Source: Myxococcota bacterium
Lineage (GTDB): Bacteria > Myxococcota > UBA4151
Direction: 5' to 3'
DNA length: 11,991 nt
Assembly: GCA_040260805.1 (NCBI GenBank)
Contig: JBDQPD010000107.1
Span: 1 to 11,991 of the forward strand
How positions within the stretch are numbered: the stretch's first letter is position 1; each line of letters starts with the position of its first letter. Below are positions 1-8,248 of the stretch, piece after piece. The notes beneath the pieces are model-generated. The model did not search any database. It saw only the letters and a list, made by a program, of their open reading frames with translations, and was not told the origin of the DNA. The position numbers were made by a program, and so were the translations under genes.

Positions 1-53
1 GCAGAAAAGAGCATAATTCCTAAGGCGAAGACAGGTGCGATGCAACGTGCCAT
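1..53 (-). CDS. 5' end of a gene for a probable secreted protein (runs off the window's left edge); MARCIAPVFALGIMLFS...
   Basis: Not in the ORF track. ATG at 53..51 is preceded by a GGGAG Shine-Dalgarno 5 nt upstream (GGGAGTTATC-ATG). The frame is open to the edge and reads as a basic residue plus a hydrophobic stretch, like a Sec signal peptide. A sigma-54 motif lies about 70 nt upstream. Confidence 0.7.
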   Translation of the reverse strand, partial: MARCIAPVFALGIMLFS

Positions 54-121
54 GATAACTCCCATTCCAATCAGACCACTTTGAAGTCCGACGATTTTCA
101 ATGTTCGACACCTAAGGCAGC

Positions 122-137
122 GCAAGACCCATGCCAA
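122..137 (-). promoter_or_regulatory. sigma-54 (RpoN) -24/-12 promoter
   Basis: The minus strand reads TTGGCATGGGTCTTGC: exact GG-N10-GC spacing and close to the YTGGCACG-N4-TTGC consensus. It is intergenic and points toward the ATG at 53. Confidence 0.75.
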
Positions 138-178
138 CCTAATAATAGCCCTTAACAGTGGGATTTAATGCAGTAGCC

Positions 179-214
179 GCCCATTATGGGCTCGCCCGTT
201 GACATAATTCGTCA
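179..214. promoter_or_regulatory. Candidate upstream activator sites for the sigma-54 promoter
   Basis: Two dyads lie upstream of the -24 element, separated from it by an AT-rich stretch: GCCCAT-T-ATGGGC (179..191) and TGAC-N7-GTCA (200..214). Confidence 0.35.
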
Positions 215-223
215 TCTCAGCGC

Positions 224-2560
224 TCACGCATCGACATGACTTGACGCAAAGGGATTCAGCGTCCCTGCCTCAAAGTCGATACAGATTGCGAGTTCGCTAA
301 ACGAGTTGATGGGAATCAGCTCAAGCGACCTTTTGATCGTATTGGGTAAGGCATCAACCTGATCCTGATTAGCCGCCGGATACACGACCCGCTTTAAGCC
401 GTAACGCTGAGCAGCCAAGAACTTCTCGCGCAAGCCACCCACCGGAAGCACTAAACCTGTGAGCGTTAATTCGCCGGTGCAAGCCAAGTCCGCAGGCAGT
501 GGCTTGCCCGTCAAACAACTGAGCATCGCTAAGGCGACGGCTACCCCAGCGCTTGGCCCCTCTTTCGGCTGAGCTCCTTCTGGGAGATGCAAATGCAGAT
601 CATGGTCCGCAAGCCGATCACCTGCCTCGCCTAAACGACTGTGCCTGGAGCGCAAAAAGCTGAAGGCAAGTTCAGCAGATTCTTTCATCACATCGCCCAG
701 ATGTCCCGTGCATCGCAGTCGTCCCTGACCAGGAATACAGACGGCTTCGATCCGGAGTACGTCTCCGCCGACTTGAGACCATGAAAGCCCAAGGCTCACT
801 CCGGAGACTCCCGCCGCATGAACCGGGGAGCGCCCTGGCAAAGCCGGGCCCAAGAAACGCTTAAGACGCGACGGGCTGATCCGCTTGGAGCCCGCCTCGC
901 TGACCACTTGGTCGGGCTGCTGCTCAAGGCACTCACGAGTCAAACGCCTGGCGCAGCGAGCCAGCACCCGATCAAGCCCGCGCACACCCGACTCACGAGT
1001 ATACGAGCGAACAGCATGGACGAGCGCCGATTGAGTAAAGGTCACCTGACCGGGAGCAAAACCAGCGTCAACCAGTCGCTTTGGCGCTAAAAACCGACGC
1101 GCAATCTCAACCTTTTCCTCTTCGGAATAACCCGACAACCTCAGCACCTCGAGTCGATCCAGCAAGGGCGTCGGCAAGCGATCCTCACGATTGGCGGTGC
1201 ACAAAAAAAGGACCTGAGACAGATCGACACCAAGTTCCAAATAATGATCCCTAAACGCGTGGTTCTGTTCGGGGTCGAGCACCTCGAGTAAAGCGGCAGC
1301 TGGGTCACCCCTCAGGTTGGCATCGAGTTTATCGAGTTCATCGAGCAACACCACAGGATTCATCGTCTGTGCGCGCTGCAGCGCTCCAATAATCCGACCA
1401 GGCATCGCGCCGACATACGTTCGGCGATGACCTCGAATTTGAGACTCGTCTGCGACTCCTCCTAGAGCGACTCGTACGAACTCTCGGCCCATGGAACCGG
1501 CAACCGATCGAGCCAGTGAGGTTTTCCCTACCCCGGGAGGTCCGACCAAACACAGGACTGGGCCGGATGCTCGTGGGCTTTGAGAGCGCACAGCTAAATA
1601 CTCTAAGATCCGATCTTTAGGGTCGGCCAACCCATGATGCTCTGCGTCGAGCAATTTCGCGGCGTGAGCGAGCACCAAACGGTCCTCGGTGAAACGCGCC
1701 CAAGGCACACGAAGCACTTGCTCGACCCAATTGCGCAACACATTGGCTTCTGCGCTCATCACATGCATCCGCTCAAGCCTAACGAGTTCTCGCTCCACAC
1801 GATCCCGAGCCTCATCAGACAACTCGGTCTCAGCGACCTGAGCGCGCAGTTCACCGACCTCATCGTCTTCAGAGCGGCTCGGCGATCCAGCGTCTGCTCG
1901 ACGCGACTGATAGCGCGCCGACTCGGCACGATGCACGCGCTGCCTATGCGTCGCTAGCTCAACCTCTAAGGCGAGCAAAACACCTTGGGCGCGTGCTTCA
2001 AGATCTAATTCTTCGAGCAGCTCTTGGCGCGCTAAAACATCGAGATCGATCAGGCCAGCGACCTGATCTAAAAGCGCGCTAAAGTCCTGCTCAAGCAGCA
2101 ACTCTGCGGTGGGATAGCGGCCTCGATCAAAGCGATTAATTTCGTTGAGCTTACTCAAGATCGATTGACAAAGCTCACGCGAACGAGCGAGCGCGAGCCT
2201 GTCTTCTTCGACGTCCTCGATCCGACCGTAATAGCCGGACTCTTTACAGCCCAAATCGAGCAGACGCACCCGACCGAGGATCTCCACTTCGATGCGATGA
2301 ACTCTGCCGTTTGTCTTTCTCGAAAGCCCTGAAGCTCGCACTTGGGCGAGCACACCGATGGTGAACACATCCCCTGCGCCAGGGTCTTGCGTTCGGCGAT
2401 CAACCTGCGAAACCAGAACCAAATTTTGAGTTGTGGAACCCAGCGCGACCTCGAGCGCCGCGAGTGAAGCTTCTCGCCCGACCCGAAGCTGAATCTTTTG
2501 CCCAGGAAACACTACCAGTTCGCGCAGAGGCAAGACAGGTAGGGTTCGGGCTTTACTCAT
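224..2560 (-). CDS. lon: ATP-dependent protease La (LonA type), divergent
   Basis: N-domain start [14 protein letters not shown], Walker [10 protein letters not shown], pore loop [12 protein letters not shown], Walker [27 protein letters not shown], catalytic Ser in PKEGPSAG and Lys in GGLREK. The ATG overlaps the clpX stop (ATGA, 2557..2560). Confidence 0.97.
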   Translation of the reverse strand: MSKARTLPVLPLRELVVFPGQKIQLRVGREASLAALEVALGSTTQNLVLVSQVDRRTQDPGAGDVFTIGVLAQVRASGLSRKTNGRVHRIEVEILGRVRLLDLGCKESGYYGRIEDVEEDRLALARSRELCQSILSKLNEINRFDRGRYPTAELLLEQDFSALLDQVAGLIDLDVLARQELLEELDLEARAQGVLLALEVELATHRQRVHRAESARYQSRRADAGSPSRSEDDEVGELRAQVAETELSDEARDRVERELVRLERMHVMSAEANVLRNWVEQVLRVPWARFTEDRLVLAHAAKLLDAEHHGLADPKDRILEYLAVRSQSPRASGPVLCLVGPPGVGKTSLARSVAGSMGREFVRVALGGVADESQIRGHRRTYVGAMPGRIIGALQRAQTMNPVVLLDELDKLDANLRGDPAAALLEVLDPEQNHAFRDHYLELGVDLSQVLFLCTANREDRLPTPLLDRLEVLRLSGYSEEEKVEIARRFLAPKRLVDAGFAPGQVTFTQSALVHAVRSYTRESGVRGLDRVLARCARRLTRECLEQQPDQVVSEAGSKRISPSRLKRFLGPALPGRSPVHAAGVSGVSLGLSWSQVGGDVLRIEAVCIPGQGRLRCTGHLGDVMKESAELAFSFLRSRHSRLGEAGDRLADHDLHLHLPEGAQPKEGPSAGVAVALAMLSCLTGKPLPADLACTGELTLTGLVLPVGGLREKFLAAQRYGLKRVVYPAANQDQVDALPNTIKRSLELIPINSFSELAICIDFEAGTLNPFASSHVDA

Positions 2561-3801
2561 ACAGCCTCGGCCAAATCACCTCGCTCTACCACCGGCGCTT
2601 CGCCGTCTCGGATAGCCTGGGGTGTTAAAATGAGCTTCGCGACGCTCGGGTCTCCGGGGAGGTCAAACATCGACTGCATCAACGCTTCTTCTAAGATCGC
2701 TCTTAGGCCTCGAGCGCCTGTGCCCCGATCCAGCGCCTTTTCAGCGACCGCCTCACAGGCTTCATCATCAACAACCAGCTCAATTTCATCCATAGCAAAG
2801 AGCGCCTGATACTGTTTGAGCAACGCGTTGCGCGGCTCTCGCAAAATCCGCATCAACCCTTCTTTCTGGAGGGGCTCAAGCGCAGCTGCTACAGGTAAGC
2901 GCCCAACAAATTCAGGGATCAGTCCATACGCAAGCAAGTCCTCTTGAGTGACCTGCGAAAACAAATCAGTCGTTGCTTCGACTCTTTTGGCTTGGGCTCC
3001 GAAGCCGATCTTTGCCCCGCCAAGGCGACGGGCGATAATCTGCTCGAGACCCGAGAAGGCACCGCCGCAGATGAAAAGAATCTGCGACGTATCGACGCGA
3101 TAAAAGTCACCGTGAGGGTGCTTGCGTCCGCCTTTGGTCGGTACTTGAGCCATGGTACCTTCCATGATCTTGAGCAACGCTTGCTGCACGCCCTCGCCGC
3201 TGACGTCGCGCGTGATCGACGTGTTCTCTGATTTCCGAGCGACCTTATCGATCTCATCGATGTATACGATCCCACGCTCTGCGCGTGCCACATCGCCATC
3301 GGCAGCATGAACGAGCGCGCCAATGACGTTCTCAACATCATCACCGACGTATCCAGCTTCGGTCAGTGACGTTGCGTCAGCGATCGCAAAGGGTACATCT
3401 AAGAAGCGCGACATCGTACGCGCCAGGTGTGTTTTCCCCGTCCCGGTCGGCCCAACGAGTAAGATGTTACTCTTCTCAAGTTCGACCTCATCTTCATCAG
3501 GCTCTTGGAGAAGCTTTAGGCGCTGGTAATGGTTGTGTACTGCCACCGCCAACACCTTCTTGGTCTGGTCTTGACCCACGACATATTCATCGAGCGCTTT
3601 GGTGATCTGCGAGGGCGGCGGAAGATCACTTAAGATGTCGCTTTTGACCGCCGAATCTGATCCCGAGTCCTCGAGCAGGTCGGCGCACAGTTGGACGCAA
3701 GAGTCGCAGATTTGAGCACCGGGACCGGCGATGAGGTGGCGAACCTCTGCTTGCGCCTTCCGGCAAAAGCTACAGGTCTTGGGACGACGCTCATCAGCCA
3801 C
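2557..3801 (-). CDS. clpX: ATP-dependent Clp protease ATP-binding subunit ClpX
   Basis: C4 zinc finger (CSFC...CDSC), Walker [13 protein letters not shown] pore loop, Walker [25 protein letters not shown] loop, IGF ClpP-docking loop, GARGLR. The GTG start is 2 nt after the clpP stop. Confidence 0.99.
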   Translation of the reverse strand: MADERRPKTCSFCRKAQAEVRHLIAGPGAQICDSCVQLCADLLEDSGSDSAVKSDILSDLPPPSQITKALDEYVVGQDQTKKVLAVAVHNHYQRLKLLQEPDEDEVELEKSNILLVGPTGTGKTHLARTMSRFLDVPFAIADATSLTEAGYVGDDVENVIGALVHAADGDVARAERGIVYIDEIDKVARKSENTSITRDVSGEGVQQALLKIMEGTMAQVPTKGGRKHPHGDFYRVDTSQILFICGGAFSGLEQIIARRLGGAKIGFGAQAKRVEATTDLFSQVTQEDLLAYGLIPEFVGRLPVAAALEPLQKEGLMRILREPRNALLKQYQALFAMDEIELVVDDEACEAVAEKALDRGTGARGLRAILEEALMQSMFDLPGDPSVAKLILTPQAIRDGEAPVVERGDLAEAV

Positions 3802-3803
3802 GT

Positions 3804-4400
3804 TTAGCTTCCCTCTTCTCGGTGCGTAATCACCTGATCGATAAGCCCATAATCAGCAGCCTCTTGGGCGCTCATATAGTTATCACGATCAGAGTCCTCG
3901 TGCACTTGATCCACAGACTTTCCGGTCGCCTCAGCGAGGATGCCTGCGAGCACTTGTTTGAGCTTTTGAATCTCTTGAGCCTGAATCTGGATGTCTGAAG
4001 CCTGGCCACGAGCACCACCGAGAGGCTGGTGAATCATGACTCGGCTATGCGGCAAAGAAGAGCGCTTACCCTTGGTTCCCGCGGCCAGCAGAACTGCGCC
4101 CATCGAGGCGGCTTTACCGTAGCAGATGGTCGCAACATCCGGCTTCACGTAGGTCATCGCATCAAGAATCGCCAAGCCGTCGTCCACGACGCCGCCTGGG
4201 CTGTTGATCATCAAGGTGATGTCAGCTTTAGGATCCTGACTCTCCAAGAACAACAACTGGGCAACCACCGAATTCGCCACGTGCTCGTCGATCGCGCCGC
4301 CGATAAAGATCAGACGATCTTTGAGCAGGCGCGACCAAATATCATAGCTACGCTCGCCGCGGTGATCTTGCTCGATAACAATAGGTGTCAGCAGACTCAT
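3804..4400 (-). CDS. clpP: ATP-dependent Clp protease proteolytic subunit ClpP
   Basis: [20 protein letters not shown], and catalytic triad motifs AASMG (Ser), MIHQP (His) and DRD (Asp). ATGA overlap with the tig stop. Confidence 0.99.
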   Translation of the reverse strand: MSLLTPIVIEQDHRGERSYDIWSRLLKDRLIFIGGAIDEHVANSVVAQLLFLESQDPKADITLMINSPGGVVDDGLAILDAMTYVKPDVATICYGKAASMGAVLLAAGTKGKRSSLPHSRVMIHQPLGGARGQASDIQIQAQEIQKLKQVLAGILAEATGKSVDQVHEDSDRDNYMSAQEAADYGLIDQVITHREEGS

Positions 4401-5683
4401 GCTTCTTCTTCCTCTTTCTCGCTGCCCTTGGCGGCATCGATGACAAACGCCAGCGCCTTACGTTGACGCAGCTCACCGACAATTTGTTCCATCACCTCGG
4501 GGCGGCGGAACTGAGACTGTACCTTCGCCAGCGGCTCGCCGCTTCGTTGCGCTAAAGCGACCATCTCGTTGGCGACGTCTTGAGGGCCGGGTGAGAGGTC
4601 TTCTGCGTCAGCGATCTCATCGAGCAATAAACCCGTCTGAATTGCCTTGAGCGCCTGGGGGCGCATCTGCTCGCGAAAGGAGCCCAGATCGACACCCATC
4701 TCGGTCAACTGCTCTGGCGTGACGCCAGGCATCGCCCGAGCCAAGCTGCGGTCGAGCTGCATCTGAACCAAGCCCATGGGCACCTCAAAGGGGTTGGCCT
4801 CGATCAGCGCATCGAGCACCGCGTCCTCAAACTGGCGAGCGCTATTCTGCTCTGCCATTTCGACCAATCGATCTCGGACGGCATCAGTCAAGGTCGCTAG
4901 GTCTTCCGTTTCAAAAGTTTTCGCAAACTCGTCGTCGAGATCAGGAAGATCTGCGCTTTCGAGCTTCGTCACTTCAAAGGTATGCTTCACGGTCTCGCCC
5001 GCAAGGTCCTGGTTCTCGTTGTCCTCAGAGAAGGTGATATCCGCCTCGACGGTTTCGCCGACTTTCGCTCCAAGCAACGCATCACGAATCGCTGCTTCTA
5101 AATCGGCATCGCCGAGATAGAAGGATCGCTCTTCACCCTCAGCGAGCTGTTTGTCACCTTGGAAGGCGTCGAACTTGACCCCGACCTTATGATTCTCGCT
5201 CGCAGCGGTACCCTCTTCGGCTTCGGTGTATTCGGCTTTAGCAACCCGAAGACGCTCGAGCTCTTGATTGACCTCGTCATCGCCAATCGACTTGGTTTCG
5301 ACCTCGAGTCCGAACCCATCAACCTTTTTGAGTTCGATCTCAGGGCGCACCTCGACGGTCATCGCAAAGCGGAAGGCTTGACCCTCATGGCAATGCGGAT
5401 GGCCTTCAACTTGCGGTGGCAAAACCGGGCGCAAGTCCTCTTGCTGCACCGCTTCCCGATAAGCTCGGTCAATGATCACCTCCGAGACTTCGTGAACCAC
5501 CTGCCCCTGAATTTGCTTCTTGATACGGCGAACCGGAACTTTACCTGGCCGAAAGCCAGGCAACCGCACACGCGACGCATAGGCCTTGTAGGCGTTATTG
5601 AGTTCCCGGTCACATTCGACGGCGCTGACCTCAAAGTTCAAGCGCAGCTCGACAGGGCCTAGACGTTCGACAGTCACTTCCAC
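4397..5683 (-). CDS. tig: Trigger factor (ribosome-associated chaperone)
   Basis: Ribosome-binding signature [18 protein letters not shown], 428 aa, and canonical position between tRNA-Leu and clpP. GTG start with GGAG 9 nt upstream. Confidence 0.96.
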   Translation of the reverse strand: MEVTVERLGPVELRLNFEVSAVECDRELNNAYKAYASRVRLPGFRPGKVPVRRIKKQIQGQVVHEVSEVIIDRAYREAVQQEDLRPVLPPQVEGHPHCHEGQAFRFAMTVEVRPEIELKKVDGFGLEVETKSIGDDEVNQELERLRVAKAEYTEAEEGTAASENHKVGVKFDAFQGDKQLAEGEERSFYLGDADLEAAIRDALLGAKVGETVEADITFSEDNENQDLAGETVKHTFEVTKLESADLPDLDDEFAKTFETEDLATLTDAVRDRLVEMAEQNSARQFEDAVLDALIEANPFEVPMGLVQMQLDRSLARAMPGVTPEQLTEMGVDLGSFREQMRPQALKAIQTGLLLDEIADAEDLSPGPQDVANEMVALAQRSGEPLAKVQSQFRRPEVMEQIVGELRQRKALAFVIDAAKGSEKEEEEA

Positions 5684-5728
5684 GACAGACTACTCCATGC
5701 GGCAGCTTCTACCGCGTCAATTCAAAGC

Positions 5729-5813
5729 TGGTACGAGCGAAGGGACTCGAACCCCCACGAGTTGCCTCACCAGGACCTAAACCTGGCGCGTCTACCAATT
5801 CCGCCACGCTCGC
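5729..5813 (-). tRNA. tRNA-Leu, anticodon TAG
   Basis: 85 nt: GCGAGCGTGGCGGAATTGGTAGACGCGCCAGGTTTAGGTCCTGGTGAGGCAACTCGTGGGGGTTCGAGTCCCTTCGCTCGTACCA. Acceptor stem GCGAGCG/CGCTCGT, anticodon arm CCAGG-TTTAGGT-CCTGG, long variable arm, GGTTCGAGTCC T arm, discriminator A and encoded CCA. Confidence 0.98.
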
Positions 5814-5873
5814 GCTGGACCGGGCTCTTGCAGACGCGCACGCGTGAGCGCAAGCAAATCAGGTCATTGAATT

Positions 5874-6797
5874 TCAGTTCGTTGCGTCTTGGCTCAAGGC
5901 CGCGATGGTTTCAGCGGCTAAATCAGGGCCTCCACCGGCGAGGATTTCCTCGACACCAGTCGGGCTGGTCACGTTGATCTCAGTCAACTTACCCCCGATA
6001 ATATCGATCCCAGTGAACACCATACCGTGCGCTCGCAAGAAGGGGCCAATCGCAGCACAAATTAGTCGATCCTGTTCGCTCAACGCGACCTGCTCAGCTT
6101 GAGCCCCGACATGCATATTGCATCGATGATCTGATTCGCCAGCCACTCGATTAAGAACACCGCGAGGTTCTCCGTCGATCAAGATAACCCGTCGGTCGCC
6201 GTGTTGAACCTCGGGTAGATAGGCTTGGACCATGACCGGAACGCCAGGCTCCAGAGTCAGATCAACCAAAGCGTTCAAATTTTTATCCTGCGCATCAAGG
6301 ATCAAAACGCCCCGGCCACCGTTGCCATCAAGCGGCTTTATGACCGCCCGTTGCTGGGCATGAACGAAGCCTTTGATTTGATCAGGGTCGCCGCTGACCA
6401 GGGTCTCCGGGATCAAATCCGGAAAGTTCAGGATTAAGGTTTTTTCATTCGCCCAACTCAGAGCTGCTGGATTGTTGACCACCCGCAGCCCTCGACGAGC
6501 CTCAGCGTCCAGCAACCACAAGGCGGAGAGGTAGGCGGCATCGACCGGCGGGTCTGTCCGCACGAAGACCAAGGATTGGCTGCTGACTTTGCGCCAGTTG
6601 CCCGGCGCCAATTCTTGGCGCTCATCAAAGGGGCGAATTTGCGCGTACAACGCATCGCCTTTCCAAGCCATCTCGCGCATCAAACACCAATTGGATGCAT
6701 GACCGGCGGCTCGACTTGCGCGCGCCAGCGCCAGCGTCGTGTCGGCGCCAGCGACCAACTGATCGATGGGATCACAAATATACAGGTGTTCAGCCAA
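5874..6797 (-). CDS. gshB: Glutathione synthetase (prokaryotic ATP-grasp type)
   Basis: Motifs RTDPPVD, NEK, KPLDGNGG, GDRRVILIDG, RCNMHVG and TEINVTSPTG. I moved the start from 6821 to the in-frame TTG at 6797: it has GGGAG 5 nt upstream and gives MAEHLYICDP, matching the usual distance to the GshB DP motif. Confidence 0.95.
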   Translation of the reverse strand: MAEHLYICDPIDQLVAGADTTLALARASRAAGHASNWCLMREMAWKGDALYAQIRPFDERQELAPGNWRKVSSQSLVFVRTDPPVDAAYLSALWLLDAEARRGLRVVNNPAALSWANEKTLILNFPDLIPETLVSGDPDQIKGFVHAQQRAVIKPLDGNGGRGVLILDAQDKNLNALVDLTLEPGVPVMVQAYLPEVQHGDRRVILIDGEPRGVLNRVAGESDHRCNMHVGAQAEQVALSEQDRLICAAIGPFLRAHGMVFTGIDIIGGKLTEINVTSPTGVEEILAGGGPDLAAETIAALSQDATN

Positions 6798-6937
6798 ACC
6801 GACTCCCAATCGCTGGCGCATTGGTTACCGTGAAACCGATCCGGCCGCCAACAAACCTCTGAACTATTGAACGCTCGAAAGAGTAGGTTTTTCGTCAGCA
6901 TTTCGCTAAGCGCTAGGGCCACAAGGAGTGAACCGGT

Positions 6938-8248
6938 TTGGCACACCCTACTGAAGCATTCAGACGAGGCGAGCGGAGCGACGGCGAACTCCTCATCGGT
7001 GCGGAGCACGAACTCTTATGCATCGATCAAAACGGTGCGGTCCCCGGTTATGCTGGCAGCAACGGCATTGCGGCTGTCTTGGCCGAGCTGGGTGATGCGC
7101 TGGGCTGGGATTCAAGCCTCGAAGATGATCTGGTGATCGGCCTCAAAGGGGCGACCGCCAGCGTCACTCTAGAACCCGGGGGTCAACTGGAGCTTGCCGG
7201 AAGCCCAAACGAAAACTTGCACCAGGTCGCGGCCGAGGTTTCAGAGTTCCAGCAAGCGCTGTCTGGAATAGCTCAGCCTCTTGGCTTGTCATTCTTCGGC
7301 ATGGGTTTGCGCCCGGTTGTCCCGCTCTGCGATCTGCCGATGATGCCCAAATCACGGTATCAAATCATGCAAAAGGTGATGCCAACGCTGGGACCAAGAA
7401 GCCTGGAGATGATGTTCAGTACCGCCACCGTGCAAACAAATCTCGACTTTAGATCCGAGCAAGACATGACGCGAAAGTTTCGCGTTGCGGCATGCCTGTC
7501 CCCCGTAGTGGCTGCTCTTTTTGCCAACTCACCGTACCAAAATGGTCATCGAACCGGCCGCGCATCGGAGCGCTATGCGATCTGGGACGACACCGACGTC
7601 GATCGCTCTGGGCGCTTTGACTGGATGGTGGATGAAGACCAAACCTACGAGCGGTACACGCAATGGGCGAGAGACCAGCGGATGATCTTCGTTCATCGAG
7701 ACGGTCTGTACCATCAAGCTTCAGGTCTGAGCTTCGCGAAGCATGCCTCGAGTTCGGCTTATCAAGAGGGTGATTGGGAGCATCACTTAGGTGGCGTCTT
7801 CCCCGAGGTGCGCCTCAAGTCCTTTTTGGAATTGCGCAGCGCCGATACCGGCTGCGGTCAAATGGTCGTCGCCCTCAATGCCCTTTGGACTGGTCTACTC
7901 TACGATCAAGAATCGCTCGACATGGCCGAAGACCTCACCCGCGATTGGCGCTCCAGCGAATGGCAAGGTTTAGCATCGAGCGCGGCCACAGATGGCCTGT
8001 CCGGCGTCAGCGCGCTGGGCTCACTCAGAGAACTCGCTGCCGCCATCCTGGTCCTTGCAGACGGTGGTTTAGAGCGGCGCGCCCGACTCGATGACCGAGG
8101 TCAAGACGAGCGTCTCTATCTTGCGCCCTTGCACATGCTCGTGCACTGGGGCGCCAGCCAGGCTGAACTCTTGGTCCAGCGCTTTGGAGATGACGCCAAG
8201 TCAGCCCGGCAGTTTTGCGCACAAGATCTTTGGGAGTTTCCATGGTGA
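6938..8248 (+). CDS. gshA: Glutamate-cysteine ligase (GCS2, plant/alphaproteobacterial type)
   Basis: Motifs IGAEHE, TLEPGGQLELAG, MPKSRY, TVQTNLDF, ALFANSP, IWDDTD and FPEVRLKSFLELRSAD. TTG start with AAGGAG 9 nt upstream. Divergent from gshB. Confidence 0.93.
   Translation: MAHPTEAFRRGERSDGELLIGAEHELLCIDQNGAVPGYAGSNGIAAVLAELGDALGWDSSLEDDLVIGLKGATASVTLEPGGQLELAGSPNENLHQVAAEVSEFQQALSGIAQPLGLSFFGMGLRPVVPLCDLPMMPKSRYQIMQKVMPTLGPRSLEMMFSTATVQTNLDFRSEQDMTRKFRVAACLSPVVAALFANSPYQNGHRTGRASERYAIWDDTDVDRSGRFDWMVDEDQTYERYTQWARDQRMIFVHRDGLYHQASGLSFAKHASSSAYQEGDWEHHLGGVFPEVRLKSFLELRSADTGCGQMVVALNALWTGLLYDQESLDMAEDLTRDWRSSEWQGLASSAATDGLSGVSALGSLRELAAAILVLADGGLERRARLDDRGQDERLYLAPLHMLVHWGASQAELLVQRFGDDAKSARQFCAQDLWEFPW

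Noticed and set aside
199..204. Perfect TTGACA -35 hexamer on the + strand
   Set aside because: There is no -10 box at about 17 bp spacing, and it would fire antisense into lon. It is better explained as part of the TGAC-N7-GTCA dyad.
1861..1915. Alternate minus-strand frame reading [12 protein letters not shown], vaguely like the missing Lon helix (possible compensated frameshift)
   Set aside because: The similarity is weak, the QREYYL motif is not recovered in any frame, and the main frame is uninterrupted.
4029..5662. Long + strand ORFs (145, 114 and 167 aa) opposite clpP and tig
   Set aside because: They are antisense shadows of well-conserved genes in GC-rich DNA and have no recognisable motifs. 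The same applies to the other short overlapping ORFs in the track.
5690..5698. Mini-ORF ATG GAG TAG overlapping the tig Shine-Dalgarno
   Set aside because: It has no ribosome-binding site of its own and arises easily from the GGAG sequence.
5729..5813. tRNA-Leu as an integration site for an island or prophage
   Set aside because: There is no integrase and no duplicated tRNA 3' end, and tig follows after 45 nt as in the usual arrangement.
5825..5853. Sigma-70-like TTGCGC-N17-CAAGAG upstream of the tRNA (minus strand)
   Set aside because: The position is plausible, but the -10 match is too poor to call.
5762..5977. 71-aa ORF MPHQDLNLARLPIPPR... and the neighbouring 60-aa ORF
   Set aside because: These are translations of the tRNA antisense strand, a common annotation artefact.
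6938..6953. TTGGCAC resembling a sigma-54 -24 box
   Set aside because: There is no GC at the -12 position, and it coincides with the gshA start codon.
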